Assembly: GCA_965199715.1 (NCBI GenBank)
Contig: CBDATA010000001.1
Location: 1-64,000, forward strand
DNA from: Vicinamibacteria bacterium
Lineage (GTDB): Bacteria; Acidobacteriota; Vicinamibacteria; Marinacidobacterales; Marinacidobacteraceae
Length of the DNA: 64,000 bases
Reading direction: 5' to 3'
Under the pieces are notes generated by a model, which ran no database searches, had not been told where the DNA came from, and worked only from the letters and a program-made list of their open reading frames with translations. Of this stretch, positions 59,119-64,000 are shown piece by piece. The position numbers were made by a program, and so were the translations under genes. The first letter of the stretch is position 1. Every line of letters begins with the position of its first letter.

Positions 59119-59844
59119 TCAGAGGAGCCCCGCCTCCCCGAAGCTGTACCAGTCGCCGCATCCGAGCACGATGTGGTCGAGGATCGGGATCCCGACCAGC
59201 TCCCCCACCTCGCGCAGCCGGTCGGTGATCCGGCGGTCGGCGTCCGAAGGGCTCGGGTTGCCCGACGGGTGGTTGTGGAACAGGACGACGGACGCGGCCT
59301 GATACGCCACCGCGATCCGGAACAGGTCGCGCGGATGCACGAGGGCGCCGGTGAGCGACCCCTTCGAGATGATCTCGCAGCGGACGAGACAGCCGCGGGT
59401 GTCGAGCAGCAGGACGCCGAACTCCTCCACGTCCCCGTTGCCGTACCGGGAGATGAGGAACTCGGCCGCCTCGCGCGGACTCCGGAAGCACGGCACCCGC
59501 CCGTCGCTGCTCCACGCGGCGCGGCGGCCCAGTTCGAGCGCGGCGGCGAGCCGCACGAGACGGCCCCGCGAAACCCCGCGAAACCTCGCGATTTCCGCGA
59601 GCGGCGTCTGTCCGAGCCGGTTCACGCCGCCGCAGTGTTCGAGGATTTCCCCGGCGACGCCGGACTCGGCGGCGCCCAGCACGAGGTTCAGCAGATCCTC
59701 GTTGCCGAGCGAGCCAGCCCCCTGCTCGAGGAGACGGTCCGACGGGGCGTCGGGCGCCCAACGGCGGCGGCGCTTGGGGGGCCGCGAAGGCCAGACGGGA
59801 GTCCTTTCGAGGACTCGCTTGACGGCGGGGCGGGCCTTCCGCAC
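59119..59844 (-). CDS. radC: RadC-family JAB domain protein
   Basis: VHPRD.F, HNHPSG.P.PS..D, LDHIV. Confidence 0.9.
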   Translation of the reverse strand: MRKARPAVKRVLERTPVWPSRPPKRRRRWAPDAPSDRLLEQGAGSLGNEDLLNLVLGAAESGVAGEILEHCGGVNRLGQTPLAEIARFRGVSRGRLVRLAAALELGRRAAWSSDGRVPCFRSPREAAEFLISRYGNGDVEEFGVLLLDTRGCLVRCEIISKGSLTGALVHPRDLFRIAVAYQAASVVLFHNHPSGNPSPSDADRRITDRLREVGELVGIPILDHIVLGCGDWYSFGEAGLL

Positions 59845-59918
59845 GGGCAGCGCTCTCCGATGACGGGCGACGCCGTTCGGGGCGCCGAGGATTTCCTTTT
59901 TCTGGAGGCGCGTCGGAG

Positions 59919-60479
59919 TCAGGCCCCGGCGGCGCGGGCGCGGAGACTATCGCAGACCCGCCGCCGGTACGCCCCGGCCGTCGAGCACAGCCCGGTCATC
60001 CACTCCCGATAGGGTCCGGCGTCGGCGGCCCGTTCGAACCCGCACCGCAGGAGGACCCGAGCCGAGGCGTCGTTGCCGGGCGCGACGAGCCCGAAGACTT
60101 CCGACTCCGGGGCCTTCCGGGCGAGGAAGTCGAGGAGCGCGCGGACGGTCTCGGTCGCGTATCCGCGTCCCCAGGCCGGGCGGGAGAGCACGTATCCGAT
60201 CTCGATGCGGCCGGGCGCGCGGCGGTGGATCGCCGCTCCCCCGCAGAGCGTCCCCGTGGCGCGCTCGACGATGGCCAGGTCGAGTTCCCGGGACGCGGGG
60301 TTCCGGGCGTTGCGGGAGGCCCGCACGACGAACCGGCGGGTCTCCTCGGGGTCGTTCGGCCCCCAGCGAAGGTAGCGCACGACCTCCGGATCGCCGGCGT
60401 ACTCCTGCACCGCGGGGAGGTCCGAAGGACGGAACGGGCGCAACCGCAACCGCTCCGAGAGCAGCTCGATCGGGGTCAT
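59919..60479 (-). CDS. GNAT (RimJ/RimL-like) N-acetyltransferase
   Basis: ERLRLRPF...D, EIGY, WGRGYATE, N.AS.RVL. Confidence 0.85.
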   Translation of the reverse strand: MTPIELLSERLRLRPFRPSDLPAVQEYAGDPEVVRYLRWGPNDPEETRRFVVRASRNARNPASRELDLAIVERATGTLCGGAAIHRRAPGRIEIGYVLSRPAWGRGYATETVRALLDFLARKAPESEVFGLVAPGNDASARVLLRCGFERAADAGPYREWMTGLCSTAGAYRRRVCDSLRARAAGA

Positions 60480-61789
60480 TCCGGGACGCGCCGGAAGCGC
60501 GTGCGGACTCCGCCCGCGGAGACGTGGAGGTCCTCGCCGCACTCGACGAGCCGGAAGGGGTCGCGTTCGGGATGGAATCGACCGTCCCCGACCGGGACCA
60601 GCCGGGCGCCGAACCCGCGGAGCTCGCCGTCCTCCACTGCGAGCGTCACCGGCGACCGGCCCGAGTTCCAGGTTCCGGCGCACGCCTCGAGTTCGTCGGG
60701 AGAGACCTCGACCTCCGCGACGACCGGTTGCGGCAAACCGAGGACCTCGCGGGCGATCCGGTTCTCGAGGAGGCCGGGCCGCGCGGAGCCGGCGTTCGCC
60801 AGCACCGCGATCCCGAGCTGGACATCGGGATACCACGCGAGCTGCGCCCGGAACCCGTTGATTCCGCCGCCGTGCGAAATCTTCGCCAGGTCGTGCTCGC
60901 GGCCCAAGCCGAGGCCGTAGCCGTAGTCGATCGGTTCGCCCCCGATCAGCTCGCCGCGGGCGGTCATCCGGTCCCGGCTCTCGGGGCGCACGGCGCGGCC
61001 CTCGACGAGCGCCCGCTGCCACGCGAGGAGGTCGAGGACCGAGGAACCGAGCGAGCCCGCGGCGTAGGGCAGCCGCATGCTCACCGGGTCGTCGTTGCGG
61101 AACCCGCCGCCGGGAAGCGCCTCGTAGCCCTCGGCCCGGCCGGGGATGATCGGATCGTTGTCGAGGTAGTGAGTGTCCCGAAGCGCCAGCGGCTCGAAGA
61201 ACCGTTTCTCGAGGAACGCCGCGTAGCTCGCGCCGGAGAGTCGTTCGAGGAGGACGCCGAGCAGGTAGTAGCCGGAGTTGTTGTACTGGTAGCGGTCGCC
61301 CGGCTCGAATTCGAAGGGAGGCGCGGAGAAGAGGTCCATCATCTCCCGGTGGTCGAGATCGAGCCGGGCCCGGCTCCAGAACTCGGGCATCTCCGTGTAC
61401 CCCTTGATCCCCGACGTGTGGTTCAGCAACCGCTCGACCGGAATCCGGAAGCCGCGGGCGTCGTAATCCGGCAGGTAGTCGGTGAAGTCGGCCGCGAGGT
61501 CCAGCTTCCCCTCCTCGACGAGCAGCATGGCCGCCGCGGCGGTGAATTGCTTGGTGACCGACCCGATCCGATAGACGGTCGCGGCGGTCGCGGGAACCTC
61601 GTTCTCGAGGTCGGCGAACCCGAATCCCTCGGCGAAGAGGACCTCCCCCGCGCGCTGGACCGCAACCGAGACGCCGGGCGAGGGGTCTTCGGCCATCGCC
61701 TCGAGGACGAGCCGCCGGATCCCTTCGTCGATCGCGCGCGGGGGCGCGCCGCACCCGAGGAGGATCAGGACCGCGGGAACCCAGCGCAT
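60476..61789 (-). CDS. Serine hydrolase, beta-lactamase family (probable lipoprotein)
   Basis: SVTK, LLNHTSG, YNN, HGG; LLGC lipobox. Confidence 0.88.
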   Translation of the reverse strand: MRWVPAVLILLGCGAPPRAIDEGIRRLVLEAMAEDPSPGVSVAVQRAGEVLFAEGFGFADLENEVPATAATVYRIGSVTKQFTAAAAMLLVEEGKLDLAADFTDYLPDYDARGFRIPVERLLNHTSGIKGYTEMPEFWSRARLDLDHREMMDLFSAPPFEFEPGDRYQYNNSGYYLLGVLLERLSGASYAAFLEKRFFEPLALRDTHYLDNDPIIPGRAEGYEALPGGGFRNDDPVSMRLPYAAGSLGSSVLDLLAWQRALVEGRAVRPESRDRMTARGELIGGEPIDYGYGLGLGREHDLAKISHGGGINGFRAQLAWYPDVQLGIAVLANAGSARPGLLENRIAREVLGLPQPVVAEVEVSPDELEACAGTWNSGRSPVTLAVEDGELRGFGARLVPVGDGRFHPERDPFRLVECGEDLHVSAGGVRTRFRRVPE

Positions 61790-61810
61790 GGCCGCCGATG
61801 ATAGGCGCGG

Positions 61811-63688
61811 TCAGGAACGAATCCGGCGGACGTTCCCGACCCGCAGGGTGACCCGCTCGCGATCCAGCCACTCGAGGAGCGGGATGGCGCGCTTCCGGCT
61901 GAGCCCGAACCGCTCCTTGAACCAGGCCACGTCGATTTCGGCCCCGGCGCGCTCGGCGAGCGTCCGGCGAAGCCCCTCGATCGCCGCCGCGTCGAAGTGG
62001 AGGTCGGGGCTGACGGCGACCGCCCGGCCGTCGGCGACGAGGAGCCGCCGCAGCGCGTCCAGGAGCGCGACCGACGCGCCGACGGTCCGGGCCGCATCGG
62101 AAAGCGTCGGCGGCTTCAGGCCCGACTCGGCGAGCAGCGCGGCGTAGCCGTCGAGGACGGCGCGCTCGGCCGGCGTCAGCTCCACTTCCCGCCCGGCGGT
62201 GCGGACCGCGCCGCCTGCGATCTCGATCCGGCCCGCCCGCCGCAGCCCGTGGAGGATGCGGTCCGCGGTGGCGGCTGCGACTCCCAGGCGCTCGCGAAGC
62301 TCTTCGACCCCCATGCCGGCCCGCAGGCGGTGCTCGCGCTCGAGGCGGGCGAGCCGGGCCAGAAGGCGCTCCTCCAGCAGGCGCGTGGCCGAGGTCGCGA
62401 GCAGCACGTCCCCGTCGTCGGCCTCGCCCGCCTCCACGAGCGTCCGGACGACCCCGGCGGCGCTGGCCAGCCCGAGCCGCCGGGCGAGGTCTTCCGGGGT
62501 CATCCCGGACGGCCCGGCCTCCTCCAGAAACCGCAGACCCACGTCCGTCGGGCCGGCGCGCAGCGCCTCGACCGCCCGAAGCTGGCCTTCGCTCCTCGGC
62601 GAGCGTTTCGGGGGAAGCGCGTCGAGGACGAGCCCGCCGCCGATCGTCACCACCGGGGAGTAGCGACGGATGATGAACCGGTCCCCGCGGGCGGCGACGA
62701 GCGGCGACTCCAGCCGAAGCTGCGCCGGCGCGGTCCCGCCCGGCGGCAGCGCGCGGCGGCCGCCCAGAAGGCGCACGCGCGCCAGTACGGCCGCCGCCCC
62801 GAGGTGGAGGTGGACCCGCGCCTCGTCGGCGACGGGCGCGGAGGCCCAGTCCACGACCTCGAGGTCGGCGTCCAGCATCCGGGTGGCCCGCAGCGCGTCC
62901 GGCGCGGCGACGACCGATCCCCGGGCGACGTCGATGCGCGACGCGCCCGCGAGGTTCAGCGCGGCGCGCTGGCCGACGGAGGCGCCCTCGACCGGCGATC
63001 CGTGCACCTGGACGCCCCGCACCCGCGCCCGTCCGCCGCCGGGCAGCACGGCGACCTCGTCGCCGGCGCGAACCCGCCCGGAAACGAGCGTCCCGGTGAC
63101 CACCGCTCCGAAGCCGCGGACCGAGAACACCCGGTCCACGGGAAGCCGGAACGGCCCCTCGGGATCGCGCCGGGGCGCTCGGTCCGCCGCCTCGACGAGC
63201 GCCGTCCGCAGGCGACCCAGCCCCTCGCCGCTGGCCGACGACACGGGCAGGATGGGCGCGTCCTCGAGCGGGCCGCCGGCGAGCGCGTCGGCGACCTCGA
63301 GGCCGACGAGCTCCACGAGATCGGGATCGTCCACGAGGTCCACCCGGGTGAGGGCCACGACCGCCGCGGTGACCCCGAGCAGCCGGCAAATGGACAGGTG
63401 CTCGACCGTCTGCGGCATGACCGACTCGTCGGCGGCCACCACGAGCAGCATCACGTCGAACCCCGCCGCGCCGGCGAGCATGTTGCGGACGAACTTCTCG
63501 TGGCCAGGCACGTCCACGAACCCGATCCGGAGGTCGCCGAGGTCGAGATGCGCGAACCCGAGGTCGATCGTGATGCCCCGCGCCTTCTCCTCGGCGAGCC
63601 GGTCGGGGTCGATCCCGGTCAGCGCCCGCACCAGCGAGCTCTTGCCGTGGTCGATGTGACCCGCGGTCCCGACGACGACGTGGCGCAT
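61811..63688 (-). CDS. selB: Selenocysteine-specific elongation factor
   Basis: [33 protein letters not shown]-terminal winged helix GLSRK.AIPLLE.LD. Confidence 0.95.
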   Translation of the reverse strand: MRHVVVGTAGHIDHGKSSLVRALTGIDPDRLAEEKARGITIDLGFAHLDLGDLRIGFVDVPGHEKFVRNMLAGAAGFDVMLLVVAADESVMPQTVEHLSICRLLGVTAAVVALTRVDLVDDPDLVELVGLEVADALAGGPLEDAPILPVSSASGEGLGRLRTALVEAADRAPRRDPEGPFRLPVDRVFSVRGFGAVVTGTLVSGRVRAGDEVAVLPGGGRARVRGVQVHGSPVEGASVGQRAALNLAGASRIDVARGSVVAAPDALRATRMLDADLEVVDWASAPVADEARVHLHLGAAAVLARVRLLGGRRALPPGGTAPAQLRLESPLVAARGDRFIIRRYSPVVTIGGGLVLDALPPKRSPRSEGQLRAVEALRAGPTDVGLRFLEEAGPSGMTPEDLARRLGLASAAGVVRTLVEAGEADDGDVLLATSATRLLEERLLARLARLEREHRLRAGMGVEELRERLGVAAATADRILHGLRRAGRIEIAGGAVRTAGREVELTPAERAVLDGYAALLAESGLKPPTLSDAARTVGASVALLDALRRLLVADGRAVAVSPDLHFDAAAIEGLRRTLAERAGAEIDVAWFKERFGLSRKRAIPLLEWLDRERVTLRVGNVRRIRS

Positions 63689-63710
63689 TCGGGTGAAGAT
63701 AATCCGCTCC

Positions 63711-64000
63711 ATGATCCGTCGCGCTCTCGTTTTCCTGCTCGCCGCTGCTCCGGCGCTCGGCCAGACCGGTCCGCAACTGGGACCCGAGCGGGGGTCGCTC
63801 GTCATCGTCGGGGGCGCGCTCCGGAGCGCGGAGATCCTCGAGCGGTTCATGGACCTCGCCGGCGGCCCCGAAGCGCCGCTCGTCATCATTCCGACCGCCG
63901 GCGGCGAGGAGGAGTACGACGAGTGGTACGCCGGCGCCCGCCGCTTCCGCGACATGGGGGCGACCGACGTCACCGTGATCCACACGAAGGATCGGGGCGA
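63711..64000 (+). CDS. Cyanophycinase-like peptidase S51 (partial, runs off window)
   Basis: Manual translation, absent from ORF track: signal peptide then GSLVIVGG...RFMDLAGG....VIIPTA. Confidence 0.75.
   Translation, partial: MIRRALVFLLAAAPALGQTGPQLGPERGSLVIVGGALRSAEILERFMDLAGGPEAPLVIIPTAGGEEEYDEWYAGARRFRDMGATDVTVIHTKDRG

Noticed and set aside
59919-63983. 1354-aa ORF on the minus strand
   Set aside because: Off-frame shadow of selB and the serine hydrolase; only its last 186 aa (GNAT) are credible.

Overview
High-GC (~70%) bacterial chromosomal window; the gene set is compatible with an Acidobacteria-like organism, but taxonomy cannot be established from the sequence alone. The dominant structure is a mirror: positions 1-6998 match the reverse complement of 15645-22642 (p pairs with 22643-p; identical ORF translations and identical at spot-checked bases). 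The arms enclose an ~8.6 kb core with two divergently oriented, full-length DUF1156-type adenine methyltransferase paralogs built from near-identical blocks alternating with two divergent blocks. Between them lie two tandem tyrosine recombinases (one with an AbrB-like tail) and a PD-(D/E)xK nuclease with a SeqA-like C-terminus. This resembles a recombinase-driven specificity-shuffling (shufflon-like) methylation/restriction locus and is the best candidate for an undescribed system. The mirrored housekeeping flanks may be an assembly consequence of that inversion. The rest of the window holds carAB (carB with a 1-bp frameshift), decayed defence-gene fragments, a PIN toxin followed by three tandem paralogous small proteins, a putative (hydroxy)proline catabolic cluster (LarA-like, FAH, two OCD-like, DHDPS-like, ProDH, NSS transporter, split aconitase X), comEA/pilin, RNase P RNA, pheA, larC, Fur, radC and selB.
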